Shown: piece by piece, positions 28,060 through 40,561 of the stretch
How positions within the stretch are numbered: position 1 is the first letter of the stretch
How the letters are laid out: the number at the start of each line of letters is the position of its first letter
Assembly: GCA_965216495.1 (NCBI GenBank)
Contig: OZ244163.1
Location: forward strand, 1,597,672 to 1,661,671
Length of the DNA: 64,000 nucleotides
Direction: 5' to 3'
Origin: Acidimicrobiia bacterium
GTDB taxonomy: Bacteria > Actinomycetota > Acidimicrobiia > Spongiisociales > ZC4RG35
The notes under the pieces: model-generated
Told to the model about the DNA's origin: nothing
The model's database searches: none
What the model saw: only the letters and a program-made list of their open reading frames with translations
Position numbers and translations under genes: made by a program

Positions 28060-28191
28060 TCAGAAGATGGCGTGCCAGACCCAGACGAGGCCCTCTACTA
28101 AGCGCCATCCCAGATAGAGAATCACCAGCACGACCATAAGCTTGAAGTGCCAGGGCGCGGGAACTTGGCCGTCGGTTCGTTCCTCGTTCAT
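28060..28191 (-). CDS. Small membrane protein (43 aa)
   Basis: MNEERTDGQVPAPWHFKLMVVLVILYLGWRLVEGLVWVWHAIF. Its ATG overlaps the der stop (ATGA). Not in the ORF track. Confidence 0.7.
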   Translation of the reverse strand: MNEERTDGQVPAPWHFKLMVVLVILYLGWRLVEGLVWVWHAIF

Positions 28192-29501
28192 CGGTCGGCT
28201 CGGTTGCGAGTGACGAAGTGAATCGGATTCCCCGTGAAGTCATGAGCACGGCGGAGGTTGTTCTCGATAAAGCGGAAATAGTCATCTCCGAGCTCACCTC
28301 CTGAGACAAACACAACGAAGGTGGGAGGCTCGGTGCCGGCCTGGACCACGTAGTGAAGCTTTGGCCTACGACCCTTGCGCACGGGAGGTGGGTGGGAAGC
28401 CGTCCACGAACGGAACTCTCGATTGAGACGGCCCGTTGGAATGCGATTCTGGCGGGCTTCCTCGACAGCTTCTAGCGCCGCTCCGAGCCGGCCCACCCGG
28501 GCGCCGGTCTTGGCGGACATTCGCAGGAGTGGAGCCCAACCCATAAAGCCCAAGCGCTCAGGAATCGATCTCTCGGTCCATTCCTTTTGTTCGTCGTCGA
28601 GGGCGTCCCACTTGTTCATCACGATGACAACGCCGGCGCCAGCGTCGATGATTTCCTTTGCAATCCGCTGATCCTGATGGGTCACACCCTCGGTTGAATC
28701 GACCATCAGGATGGCGATGTCCGACCGAGCCAGTGCTTCACGTGCACGTAGGACTGCGTAAAAGTCTGCGTCTTCATTGATCTTGGGATTGCGACGAATC
28801 CCTGCGGTGTCCACCAACGTGTACGGGCGATCATCGATCTCCACCTCGACATCAATCGGGTCACGTGTTGTTCCAGGCGTGTCCGAGACGATGACCCGAT
28901 TGTCACCGACCAGCCGATTCAAGAGCGTGGACTTCCCAGTGTTTGGCCTACCCACGATGGCAACACTCGGATGCGCCGTGTGCTCATCTTCTTCTTCGGT
29001 TTCGGGGATCAGTGCAACGACACGATCGAGAAGATCCCCGACACCCCTTCCGTGATAAGCGCTGACGGGTTGGGGATCCCCAAATCCAAGCTTCCAGAAT
29101 CGGTCGATCTCCCATTCTTGGGCCTCTGTGTCCATCTTGTTGACGGCGACAACCGCCGGAACGCCTGAGGCTCGCAACAGAGAAACCACTCCAGTGTCAT
29201 CGTCGGTCAGTTCGGCAGTGCCGTCCACCACCAGCACGACCACGTCGGCCCCCGACAATGCGCCTTCAGCCTGTTCTCGAATTGAGGTGTTTAGGCCGCC
29301 ATCTGGCTTGACCTCCCAACCTCCTGTGTCCACAAGTACAAATGGGCGTCCGTTCCAGTCGGCATCGAAATGACGTCGATCGCGGGTGACCCCAGCCATC
29401 TCCTCTACCACCGCCGCTCGTCGACCGAGGATGCGATTGACGAGGGTCGATTTTCCGACGTTCGGTCGGCCGACAATGGCTACAACAGGAAGTCTCGCCA
29501 T
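28188..29501 (-). CDS. der: Ribosome biogenesis GTPase Der
   Basis: Two GTPase domains (GRPNVGKS/DTGG/NKMD and GRPNTGKS/DTAG/NKWD) plus a KH-like C terminus. Confidence 0.97.
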   Translation of the reverse strand: MARLPVVAIVGRPNVGKSTLVNRILGRRAAVVEEMAGVTRDRRHFDADWNGRPFVLVDTGGWEVKPDGGLNTSIREQAEGALSGADVVVLVVDGTAELTDDDTGVVSLLRASGVPAVVAVNKMDTEAQEWEIDRFWKLGFGDPQPVSAYHGRGVGDLLDRVVALIPETEEEDEHTAHPSVAIVGRPNTGKSTLLNRLVGDNRVIVSDTPGTTRDPIDVEVEIDDRPYTLVDTAGIRRNPKINEDADFYAVLRAREALARSDIAILMVDSTEGVTHQDQRIAKEIIDAGAGVVIVMNKWDALDDEQKEWTERSIPERLGFMGWAPLLRMSAKTGARVGRLGAALEAVEEARQNRIPTGRLNREFRSWTASHPPPVRKGRRPKLHYVVQAGTEPPTFVVFVSGGELGDDYFRFIENNLRRAHDFTGNPIHFVTRNRADR

Positions 29502-29505
29502 TGGG

Positions 29506-30564
29506 TCAGCCCGAGATCAGGTCGAGAGCTTCTGTTGCCGTCCAGTCCCGGTCTCGTTCGAGCCAGCCGTCGCCTTTACTGCCCGTGGCCGTCACACCGG
29601 CTTCCACAAGCGCCACCAGGGTCGACACGAAGGATCTCAATTGTGGAGGTAGAGGGAAATACTCGCCCTCTTCGGTTGCCTGCCACAGTTCGACTCCGGA
29701 TGCCGGTTCCAGACGAGCAACCACCTCTTGGACCAGGTGATCCGGAGCTGAGGCCCCGGCAGTCACGCCCACCGTCTTCGCCTTGGCCAGCCACTCATCC
29801 TGGATCTCCGCCGCCGAGTCGATGCGGTATCCCGCGATCCCCTTCTCATGGGCCACCCGCACCAAAGCCTGAGTGTTCGATGAGTTGTGCGACCCGACTA
29901 CGAGAATCAGGTCACAAACCTCGGCGAGTTGCTTGACGACTTCCTGACGATTGGTGGTTGCATAACAAAGGTCTGATTTCCGAGCGGTTTTCAAAGATGG
30001 GTAACGCTTTGATGCCTCGCCCAAGACGTCCTCCCACTCGTAGACGCCAAGAGTCGTTTGGGCCACCAGCGCCACACGCTCTTCATCAGTTGGCGAGAAC
30101 TCTTTCAATCCGATCTCTGGCTCGACGAGGGTGATCGCCTCGGGAGCTTCGGCGATTGTCCCGACAGCTTCGTCGTGGCCCTCGTGGCCGATGTAGATGA
30201 TGTCGTAACCCTTGCGGGCCATCAGTTTCACTTCGTGATGAACCTTGGTCACCAAAGGGCAAACCGCATCTATCACGACAGCGGCTCGTTCCGACGCCGC
30301 GGCGACCACCTCTGGCGCAGAACCGTGAGCTGACAGCATTACAGGAGCGCCGGGTGGGACCTCACTGATGTCGTCAACGAAAACAACTCCGACCCGCTCG
30401 AAAGCCTCCACTACCCATTCGTTGTGAACTATTTCGTGATAGCAGTAGACGGTGCCGTCGAAGATTCGAGTCATCCAGGTCAAAGCCTTGATTGCCATCT
30501 CTACACCGGCACAAAAGCCTCGGGGCTCAGCAAGGAGGACGCGGTCGATCGGCATCGTCGTCAT
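29506..30564 (-). CDS. ispH: 4-hydroxy-3-methylbut-2-enyl diphosphate reductase
   Basis: PRGFCAGV, HEIVHN, SAHG, DAVCPLVTKVH, CYATTNRQ, SSNT and TAGASAP. The start may be ATG 30555. Confidence 0.96.
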   Translation of the reverse strand: MTTMPIDRVLLAEPRGFCAGVEMAIKALTWMTRIFDGTVYCYHEIVHNEWVVEAFERVGVVFVDDISEVPPGAPVMLSAHGSAPEVVAAASERAAVVIDAVCPLVTKVHHEVKLMARKGYDIIYIGHEGHDEAVGTIAEAPEAITLVEPEIGLKEFSPTDEERVALVAQTTLGVYEWEDVLGEASKRYPSLKTARKSDLCYATTNRQEVVKQLAEVCDLILVVGSHNSSNTQALVRVAHEKGIAGYRIDSAAEIQDEWLAKAKTVGVTAGASAPDHLVQEVVARLEPASGVELWQATEEGEYFPLPPQLRSFVSTLVALVEAGVTATGSKGDGWLERDRDWTATEALDLISG

Positions 30565-30581
30565 GGTATATCCAGGCAGCG

Positions 30582-31223
30582 TTATGAATACTTCGAGATG
30601 ACGAGGTCGGTTAGACCGCTCACCACCTGATCGAAGTCCTGATCTGACGTGTCGTACACAATGGCACCGGACGGTATCTGCAGCGGAGACGCAGCCCGCG
30701 ACGAGTCAATGGCGTCCCGACGGTTTATGTCGGCTAGAACGTCCTGAAGTGATTCTCCAGTCTGTAAGGCTCGCCGCTTGGCTCGGACCTCCGGTCGTGC
30801 GTCGAGAAAGATTTTGACGTCCGCCTCGGGAAACACCACTGAGCCGATGTCACGCCCTTCGACCACACCGGCTCCACCGTTGGCCTCGATCCACGCTCTT
30901 TGAAGTGTCACGAGCCTTTCCCGCACCGCGGGGATCGCTGATACCGCCGATACGGCCTTGGTCACGGCTTCCGATCGGATCTCCTCAGACACATCCTGTC
31001 CGTTTACGAACGTGCGCCCTTCCGCCTGTTGCAGACTGAGAGAGGCGATTTCGCTGAGTATTCCCGCGTGGTCATCAAGGTCGACACCCGACTGGAGAAC
31101 GGCGAACGTAGCGGCGCGGTAGAAGGCGCCGGTGTCGAGATGAGGTAGTCCAAGTTTGTAGGCGAGGACGCGGCTAACGGTGCTCTTACCGGTACCGGCC
31201 GGGCCATCGAGGGTGACGATCAT
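30582..31223 (-). CDS. cmk: Cytidylate kinase
   Basis: DGPAGTGKST, LDTGAFYRA, EGRDIGSVVFP and RD..DS.R. ATG at 31223. Confidence 0.95.
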   Translation of the reverse strand: MIVTLDGPAGTGKSTVSRVLAYKLGLPHLDTGAFYRAATFAVLQSGVDLDDHAGILSEIASLSLQQAEGRTFVNGQDVSEEIRSEAVTKAVSAVSAIPAVRERLVTLQRAWIEANGGAGVVEGRDIGSVVFPEADVKIFLDARPEVRAKRRALQTGESLQDVLADINRRDAIDSSRAASPLQIPSGAIVYDTSDQDFDQVVSGLTDLVISKYS

Positions 31224-31245
31224 TTCGCAGTCCCGTTCGGAATAG

Positions 31246-31340
31246 AAAAAGGAGGGTGGCTCCGGGTTCCCGAGGGGTTGTCCGACTTTGGGGGAAACTC
31301 GGACTTTTGGGGGCGAAGTCGGAACCCGGGGCCGCCCTCT
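31246..31340 (-). ncRNA. Candidate C-rich-loop (6C-like) small RNA
   Basis: Long closing stem GAGGGCGGCCCCGGGTTCC/GGAACCCGGAGCCACCCTC enclosing two CCCCC-loop hairpins and a CCCC run, followed by TTTTT. TAGGTT -10 at 31353-31348. Confidence 0.6.
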
Positions 31341-31380
31341 AGCCCTAAACCTAGCGTGATTGAACGCGGAGTGTGGCAAA

Positions 31381-32109
31381 TCATGAGGGTGAGTCGCCGG
31401 GGTCGAGAAGATCTTTGATCTCCCGAGCCGAGAGACGCCTCCACTCCCCTGGCTTCAATCCGGGATCACGCAGGCTCCCGATGCCAGTGCGGACCAGACG
31501 AGTCACTGGATGACCAACTGCGTCCAGCATTCGGCGCACCTCGCGATTGCGCCCCTCGGTCATGATGACCTCGACCAGCGCGGCTCCCCCGGAAGAATCG
31601 ACCAGCCGGCAGGACACGGCCTTGGCCGGACCGTCTTCGAGCGTCACACCCGTCCGTAGGCGTCGGAGGGACTTGGGTGCCGGTGTTCCCTCGACACGAG
31701 CCAGGTAAGTCTTTCTCACCCCGTAACGCGGATGTGTTACTCGCTCAGTCAAGACACCATCGTTGCTTACGAGGAGAAGTCCTTCCGAGTCAGCATCGAG
31801 GCGTCCTACCGGGTAGATGCGTGCCTCGGTATCGATCAGATCGACAACTGTTGGGCGGCCATGGGTGTCATGGGCGGTGCTGATTACCCCCTTGGGCTTG
31901 AAGATGAGATAGGTCTCGAGATCTTCTGCAAGTGGAATAGGCACGCCATCGAGCGTGACGATGTCGACGTCGGTCTCACAGCGGTCACCAAGGACCACGG
32001 GCTGCCCGTTGAGCCGTACACGTCCGGCAACCATCGCATCTTCAGCGGCGCGTCTCGACATCAGTCCTGCATTGGCGATTGCCTTCTGAATGCGGACCCG
32101 CTCCGCCAC
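31381..32109 (-). CDS. rRNA pseudouridine synthase (RluB-like)
   Basis: S4 domain (SRRAAE), KPKGV, PVGRLDADSEGLL and EGRNREVRRM. Confidence 0.93.
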   Translation of the reverse strand: MAERVRIQKAIANAGLMSRRAAEDAMVAGRVRLNGQPVVLGDRCETDVDIVTLDGVPIPLAEDLETYLIFKPKGVISTAHDTHGRPTVVDLIDTEARIYPVGRLDADSEGLLLVSNDGVLTERVTHPRYGVRKTYLARVEGTPAPKSLRRLRTGVTLEDGPAKAVSCRLVDSSGGAALVEVIMTEGRNREVRRMLDAVGHPVTRLVRTGIGSLRDPGLKPGEWRRLSAREIKDLLDPGDSPS

Positions 32110-32112
32110 CTT

Positions 32113-32673
32113 TCAGTCGGGTCCCGGGCGGAGAGTCTCTTCGAGGCTCGTCATGATCTCGGCTGGTGGCACATGATCGCCTAGCGGCGGAAGCTCATCG
32201 ACCGAATCGAGGCCCATCTTCTCCAAGAAGAGGTCCGACGTCCGATACACCGCAGGATTGCCCGGAATATCGAGACGCTCCTTCTCCTCGATGAGCCCGA
32301 ATCTCTCAAGCGTTCGGATCGGGGAGTCAGAATCGACTCCCCTTATCTCTGAAACCTGCGACCGCGTGACCGGTTGGCGGTAGGCAACCACGGCAAGCGT
32401 CTCCATCGCGGCACCGGATATCCGTCGTGCCGTCGCCGACTTGGAGAATCGTTCGAGATAGGGGTAAGCATCGGGGTGGCTGTAAAGCCGCCAGCCTCCA
32501 CCAGCTTTGCGGAGCACGAGTCCAGACTCCCTCTCTTTGAGTCCTTCAGACAGTTCGTTGAGCAGTTCACTCACCTGGCCGGGGGGCACTTCCAGAACCT
32601 CGGCGAGTTCTCGCTTAGGAATAGGAGCCTCCGTCACGAAGAGGATTGCTTCAAGGGCGGCGAGATTCTTCAT
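32113..32673 (-). CDS. scpB: SMC-Scp complex subunit ScpB
   Basis: LEAILF, AGGW, ETLAVVAYRQPVTR...IRGV and FLEKMGL....LPPL. Confidence 0.95.
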   Translation of the reverse strand: MKNLAALEAILFVTEAPIPKRELAEVLEVPPGQVSELLNELSEGLKERESGLVLRKAGGGWRLYSHPDAYPYLERFSKSATARRISGAAMETLAVVAYRQPVTRSQVSEIRGVDSDSPIRTLERFGLIEEKERLDIPGNPAVYRTSDLFLEKMGLDSVDELPPLGDHVPPAEIMTSLEETLRPGPD

Positions 32674-33428
32674 TTTGCCCACTCTGACGTGAGGTCCATC
32701 TCGGCGTCAGGCCGCGCCCGCACTTCGATCGGTGAGAGCCAGTCTTCTTGGGACACTTCAAGCAGTCCCCATCGCGCCATTTCGAGCAGAGCCAAGAAGT
32801 AGGCGGCGATTTCGACCGGACGTTGACAATGTTCTGTCAGGTCGCCGAAGGACGAGATGGTTGTTAGCGCCAGCCTCTCCTGGAGGTCCTCGATGGCCAT
32901 CTCGACGCTGGGCAGATCCAAGTCGAGATGATCGAGGTCCGGTTCTTCTAGCTGGCGGGCAAACACCCGCTGGGCAACCTCGGCGAACGAGACGCCATCT
33001 GGAAGCTCCACGCGCGGAGGAGGCGCAGATATCACCTGGTCGAGTCCTGAGGTTCGCGGCACATAGCGGTTCCCTTCCTGGAGTCGCACCCTGAGCACGG
33101 CCGCAACATCCTTGAACGTGACTGAGGCCAGCAGACGAGCCAACAGCCGGTCTCGCTCCTCGACCAAGGCCAGTTCCTCGTCGATATCGATCCCGATCCG
33201 CGCCGGCAGCAGCGAGTGCGCTTTGAGTCGAACCAAAGTCGCAGCAATGAGCACGAACTCAGAAGTCACGTCCAGATCCAAGTCCTGCATCTCATCGATC
33301 ACTGCCAGGTAGTCATTGACGACTTGTGTCAAACCAACAGCAGTGATCTCGACTTGATGCTTTGTGATCAATTGCAGCAGCAAATCGAGGGGGCCCTCGA
33401 AGACAGCTGTCTGGACGTGAAATGTCAT
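32670..33428 (-). CDS. scpA: Segregation/condensation protein ScpA
   Basis: FEGPLDLLLQLI, EFVLIAATL..LK...LLP and FLALLEM. ATG at 33428. Confidence 0.93.
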   Translation of the reverse strand: MTFHVQTAVFEGPLDLLLQLITKHQVEITAVGLTQVVNDYLAVIDEMQDLDLDVTSEFVLIAATLVRLKAHSLLPARIGIDIDEELALVEERDRLLARLLASVTFKDVAAVLRVRLQEGNRYVPRTSGLDQVISAPPPRVELPDGVSFAEVAQRVFARQLEEPDLDHLDLDLPSVEMAIEDLQERLALTTISSFGDLTEHCQRPVEIAAYFLALLEMARWGLLEVSQEDWLSPIEVRARPDAEMDLTSEWAK

Positions 33429-33456
33429 TCGGTCGGAAGGATATTCGGCTGCTTTG

Positions 33457-33951
33457 CTATCGCCACGGCTTTGGCGGCTCATCAGCGGCCGACAAGACCT
33501 CCCAGTCTGATCGGCCAATCGTGGCGGGTCGGCTCCCATGATGATGAGCGGCGAACTCCACTGTGATGTTGGACGCCCCACAGCGAGCCAACTCTCGGGC
33601 TCCGATGGTCCCGTGATCTCGATATAGCTCCATGTTGCGAGGCAGTGGAGCACCCATAGCAATCAAGACGGACGCCAGAGATCTTCCCCAGATTCCGAGA
33701 TCCGCATGCCGCTTACCAACATCATGAAGTAGAGCGGCCTCCACTAAGGACTCGTTGCCTGGTCGGCGAAGCGAGACAACCGTACCGGCGTGAAACCCAT
33801 GTCTCTGGTCAGGGAAGGATTGAGAGAAGAAGAGCTCAGCCAACTCGACACTGAGTTGGAGCTTCACTGCCTGCACTTCATCTGCATTCAGTGGTTTGGC
33901 GAGGGCGAAGTCGAAGAACCGTCGAACTAGATGGATAGGAGATCCGGGCAA
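33457..33951 (-). CDS. HD-domain protein
   Basis: DQRH, AALLHDVGK, H...GA and HHH....AAD motifs. Confidence 0.8.
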   Translation of the reverse strand: MPGSPIHLVRRFFDFALAKPLNADEVQAVKLQLSVELAELFFSQSFPDQRHGFHAGTVVSLRRPGNESLVEAALLHDVGKRHADLGIWGRSLASVLIAMGAPLPRNMELYRDHGTIGARELARCGASNITVEFAAHHHGSRPATIGRSDWEVLSAADEPPKPWR

Positions 33952-33952
33952 G

Positions 33953-34303
33953 TCAAGAATTTGCTTTCTTCTTGCACTCGACGCACAGAACCGATGCTGG
34001 CCTGAACTCCATCCGGGCAGAGCCGATCTCCTTGCCGCACTTGTCGCACGTGCCGTAAGTCCCGGCTTCGATGTGGGCTAGGGCTTTATCCACATCGTCC
34101 AACTGATGCTTGAGCGAGTCGATTAGGCCGAGAACCTCCGTTCGCTCAGCGGTCACGGCAGCGGCATCGGCAAAGCTGCCGCCAAAATCGACATCAGATC
34201 GCAGATCGCCGCTTTCGGCAGCACCAAGTTCGTCCAACTGATGCACCAAATGGGCGCGTTCTTCTACTAAGGCTTTCTTCGCACTAGCGATATCAAGACC
34301 CAT
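33953..34303 (-). CDS. TraR/DksA C4-type zinc finger protein
   Basis: Coiled coil with FADAA tip and GTYGTCDKCG.EI...R.E.RP...LCVEC. Confidence 0.92.
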   Translation of the reverse strand: MGLDIASAKKALVEERAHLVHQLDELGAAESGDLRSDVDFGGSFADAAAVTAERTEVLGLIDSLKHQLDDVDKALAHIEAGTYGTCDKCGKEIGSARMEFRPASVLCVECKKKANS

Positions 34304-35195
34304 TACCTACTCCTTGGGTGCGCCTCGACGTAAATCTCCATCACGTGGGCGGGGCTAACACGGGTGTAGACCTGTGTGGTACTTATCGTAGCGTGTCCCA
34401 GCATCTCTTGAACAGTCCGGAGATCGGCTCCGGCCTCGACCATGTGGGTTGCGGCGGAGTGGCGAAGGACGTGTGGAGATACTCGGGACGGCGCGATTCC
34501 AGTTCGTTCAGCGTGCTTTTTGACGATGTCAAACACGGCCTGGCGTGTTAGCCGTCTACCTCGGAGGTTCAAGAACAGAGGGTCTCCGGGTGTCTTGCTG
34601 TCCAAAAGCTCCAGACGGTCGGGCAACCAGCGTCCGATTGCCTCAATGGCCGACCTTCCGAGAGGCACGAAGCGTTGCTTGGAGCCCTTGCCTGTCACCA
34701 GCACGCTCCTGCCATCGAGATCAACGTGGGTGAGGTCAACATTGATGGTCTCCGACACCCTGGCTCCCGTTGCGTAAAGGAACTCCAGCAACGCACTGTC
34801 GCGCCGTGACCCAACCGTCTCGTAGCTTGGCGACTCGACGAGGGACACGACTTCGTGAACCGTCAGTGCTTTGGGAAATGGATCTGGCCGTGAGGGCGAA
34901 TCAACCAAGAGGGTTGGATCTGTTGACATCAGCCCTTCAGAGCTGAGGAATCGGTGAAGCCCTTTGATGGCGGCGATCTTGCGCGCGATGGTGGCCGTCG
35001 CGTTACCTGCTTCGACTAGATGAGCCACGAACTCCTCGACCAAATGGGGCAGGGGTTCGCGACCATCGAGAAAGGCCAGATATTGCGCGATGTCGGCTTC
35101 GTAGGCGGCAATGGAGTTGGGAGACAGCCCTCGCTCGACTCGGAGCGAAACGAAGTACTCGTCGATACCGCCCCGAAACGAATCCGAGGCGCTGG

Positions 35196-35199
<4 letters not shown>
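34303..35199 (-). CDS. xerD: Tyrosine recombinase XerD
   Basis: ERGLS.NS..AY, YATGARVSE, GKGSKQR, PHVLRHS.ATH, LGHA.ISTTQVY and housekeeping context. Confidence 0.92.
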
Positions 35200-38041
<2,842 letters not shown>

Positions 38042-39637
38042 TCATCTTTTCTGTCCCAACTCGAGCATCTCTTCGGCTGCGAGGCGCCCGGCTTCGCTAT
38101 CTGGCAGTGCTCCGATCATCCTGGACAGTTCGGCAGTTCGCGCGTCGCCGTCAACCTGACGCACAAGTGCGACGTCGCCTTCTCTGTCTATCACGTAATG
38201 GGTGTCGGCTCGCGACGCCACTTGAGGAAGGTGAGTCACGCAAAGCAACTGGGTGTTCTGTGCCAGTTCACCGAGCTTGTCGCCCATTGCCGATGCCGTG
38301 CGGCCCCCAATCCCTGTGTCGATCTCATCGAAAACGAGTGTCGCCGTGTCGTCTTGTCGTGCTGCGAGGCGCAGGGCAAGAACCAAACGCGATAGCTCGC
38401 CTCCAGATGCCCCATTGCGGACCGACGTGAGCTGGGATGCCCCGGAGGCCGAGAAGAGCAGATCGCACGAGTCAGCTCCACCAGCTCTCGGTTCGGTCGT
38501 TCTGAACGAGAATTCCAAACGCGCCTCAGGCATAGCGAGATCCCGAAGATGCAACAACGCCTCCTCGGTCAACTCAGCACCGTGGTGCTTCCGACTCTGG
38601 CTCAACTGAATGGCGGCGTCGTCTACGCGCACCTGAGCACCCTTGAGTGCCTTCTCGACCTGGCCCGCCCTGACGATCGCCGACTCGATCTCATCGGCAC
38701 GAGAGCGTGCTGCTTTGCCGAAGGCCAGGACCGCTTCCACACTCCCCCCGTACTTTCGCTTCAGATCGCCAATCCTGGTGAGCTGGCCGCCCACTTCGTC
38801 GGCGCGACCCTCGTCATAGACAAGCGAATCGGTGTAGCGAGCGAGGTCCATCAGGAGTTCCTGAGTCGTGGCGCCCACTCCCTCCAGTGCTTCTAGAACC
38901 GGACCGATCGTCGGGTCCAACACCGCCAAGTCTCTATACCGAGCCAACGAGATCCCAGCCGCTCTGTCCGCGTCGCGTAATGCTCCGTCCAGCTCGCCCA
39001 CCAGTTCCTTGATCCGGGCCCAAGCATTGAGTCGATCGAACTCAGCTTGGAGATCAGCGTCGAGGCCCACGCTCAGGTTGGCGGCCTCGATTTCGTCCGC
39101 CTGAAATCGGTTGAGGTCCAAATCGCGGAGAAGGCTCGAAACGTCACCTCCCATTTCCTCAGCCTCGACCTGCAGTGACCGCATACTGGTCCAGGCCTGT
39201 TCGTAGTGCTCAAGCACTTCAGAGTCTCTTTCCTTGATGCGTTGATCCACCATCCGCAGCAGCGCCTGTTGACTCTGCAAGCTGGTCTGATCGTGCTGGC
39301 CGATCACCTCCACCCGTCCACCGAGATGTTCTTGGAGAAGGCCTGCGGAGGTGAGTATGCCGTCGAGGTAGGCGCGGGACCGGCCCTCCCGCTTGAGGAC
39401 CCGAGACACAGCAAGTTCGTCGTCCTCATCAGAAAACAGCCCCTCGACTACGGCCTCCTCGCCGACAGGTCCGGGAGCAATCGAAGGCCGCAATCCAAGA
39501 AGGAGCCTGATACCTCCAAGCAGCAGAGTTTTGCCAGCACCAGTTTCGCCGGTGATGACTGTGAAGCCATCTGAGGGTTCGATCTCACAATGCTTTAGAA
39601 CGCCGAGGTTCCTTACTTGGAGGTGGCTGAGCCTCAC
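38042..39637 (-). CDS. recN: DNA repair protein RecN
   Basis: TGETGAGKT, ASGGELSR, FDEIDTGIGG and VTHLPQVA motifs. Confidence 0.95.
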   Translation of the reverse strand: MRLSHLQVRNLGVLKHCEIEPSDGFTVITGETGAGKTLLLGGIRLLLGLRPSIAPGPVGEEAVVEGLFSDEDDELAVSRVLKREGRSRAYLDGILTSAGLLQEHLGGRVEVIGQHDQTSLQSQQALLRMVDQRIKERDSEVLEHYEQAWTSMRSLQVEAEEMGGDVSSLLRDLDLNRFQADEIEAANLSVGLDADLQAEFDRLNAWARIKELVGELDGALRDADRAAGISLARYRDLAVLDPTIGPVLEALEGVGATTQELLMDLARYTDSLVYDEGRADEVGGQLTRIGDLKRKYGGSVEAVLAFGKAARSRADEIESAIVRAGQVEKALKGAQVRVDDAAIQLSQSRKHHGAELTEEALLHLRDLAMPEARLEFSFRTTEPRAGGADSCDLLFSASGASQLTSVRNGASGGELSRLVLALRLAARQDDTATLVFDEIDTGIGGRTASAMGDKLGELAQNTQLLCVTHLPQVASRADTHYVIDREGDVALVRQVDGDARTAELSRMIGALPDSEAGRLAAEEMLELGQKR

Positions 39638-40407
39638 TCGAGATCGAACTTCTCGCGGAGCAGACGAGGGTAAGGAAGGCCGTTGAAAGTAATGAATCTG
39701 GCCTTCTGCGGCCCGGCGCTCACCAGCACCTGGTCGCCTTCGCCCAGTTCTCCAAGTGAATTCTTGTCGACATGCACCCGAACCGCTCGATCCCTCACAA
39801 CGGTGATTTCTATCTGCACACCTTCCGGTAAGACGATCGGACGATCGAAAAGGGAGTGGCTAGCGACGGGCGTGAGCACCAAGGCCCCCACTTGTGGTGA
39901 GACGATCGGCCCTCCTGCTGAAAAGGAGTACGCAGTCGATCCCGTCGGAGTCGCCACGATTAAGCCATCCGCCCGATAGGTGGTGAACAGTTCCCCGTCG
40001 ATGACAACCCGCAAGCTGACCAAACGGGTCGTGTCGACTTTCTCCACCACAACGTCGTTGATGCCCACCTCAGTACGGTTGTTGATAGATGCTGAGACCG
40101 TCAACCGTTCTTGTATTGAGTAGTCACCCTCCACGAGCCGGTCCACAACAGATCTCATCTGGCCGGGTTCGGCTTCAGTCAAGAAACCCAGAGTTCCCAT
40201 GTTGAATCCCAGCACTGGCACATCCCATCGGATGGCATCGTTGACAGCTGCGAGCATCGTCCCATCACCGCCGACAGCAACCACAAGATCCGGCAGATCA
40301 TCGTCCTTCGCTATCGAACCGCCCGCTGAGTGGATCTCGTCGATCAGTTTCTGTGTGAACGAGACGACCTCCGGGCGGCCCTCTCTGACTCGAAGGGCTG
40401 CCCTCAA
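39634..40407 (-). CDS. nadK: NAD kinase
   Basis: GGDGT, GTLGFL, ND and DG....TPTGSTAYSFSAGGP motifs. Confidence 0.95.
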   Translation of the reverse strand: MRAALRVREGRPEVVSFTQKLIDEIHSAGGSIAKDDDLPDLVVAVGGDGTMLAAVNDAIRWDVPVLGFNMGTLGFLTEAEPGQMRSVVDRLVEGDYSIQERLTVSASINNRTEVGINDVVVEKVDTTRLVSLRVVIDGELFTTYRADGLIVATPTGSTAYSFSAGGPIVSPQVGALVLTPVASHSLFDRPIVLPEGVQIEITVVRDRAVRVHVDKNSLGELGEGDQVLVSAGPQKARFITFNGLPYPRLLREKFDLE

Positions 40408-40550
40408 TCGGATTCCTCCGAGTCGTTCAGAAGCGAGCTAAGGAGATCAACAAGTCGGGAGGCCGGCTCGGGTAGATCCGCTGGATCGAGCGTCTCGAGT
40501 TTGTCCAGTTCGACTTCGATCTGCTCGATGATCTCTGGGTTGAATTCCAT
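40404..40550 (-). CDS. Small acidic hypothetical protein (48 aa)
   Basis: MEFNPEIIEQIEVELDKLETLDPADLPEPASRLVDLLSSLLNDSEESD fills the gap, and its stop overlaps the nadK TTG start. Confidence 0.65.
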   Translation of the reverse strand: MEFNPEIIEQIEVELDKLETLDPADLPEPASRLVDLLSSLLNDSEESD

Positions 40551-40561
40551 CGCCTTGATTA

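Noticed and set aside
30582-31379. Long N-terminal extensions in tracked ORFs (cmk, also pmm, scpA, helY, pafC) and many antisense ORFs
   Set aside because: These are expected in high-GC DNA. Homology motifs begin at downstream starts, and the cmk extension runs through the structured RNA candidate.
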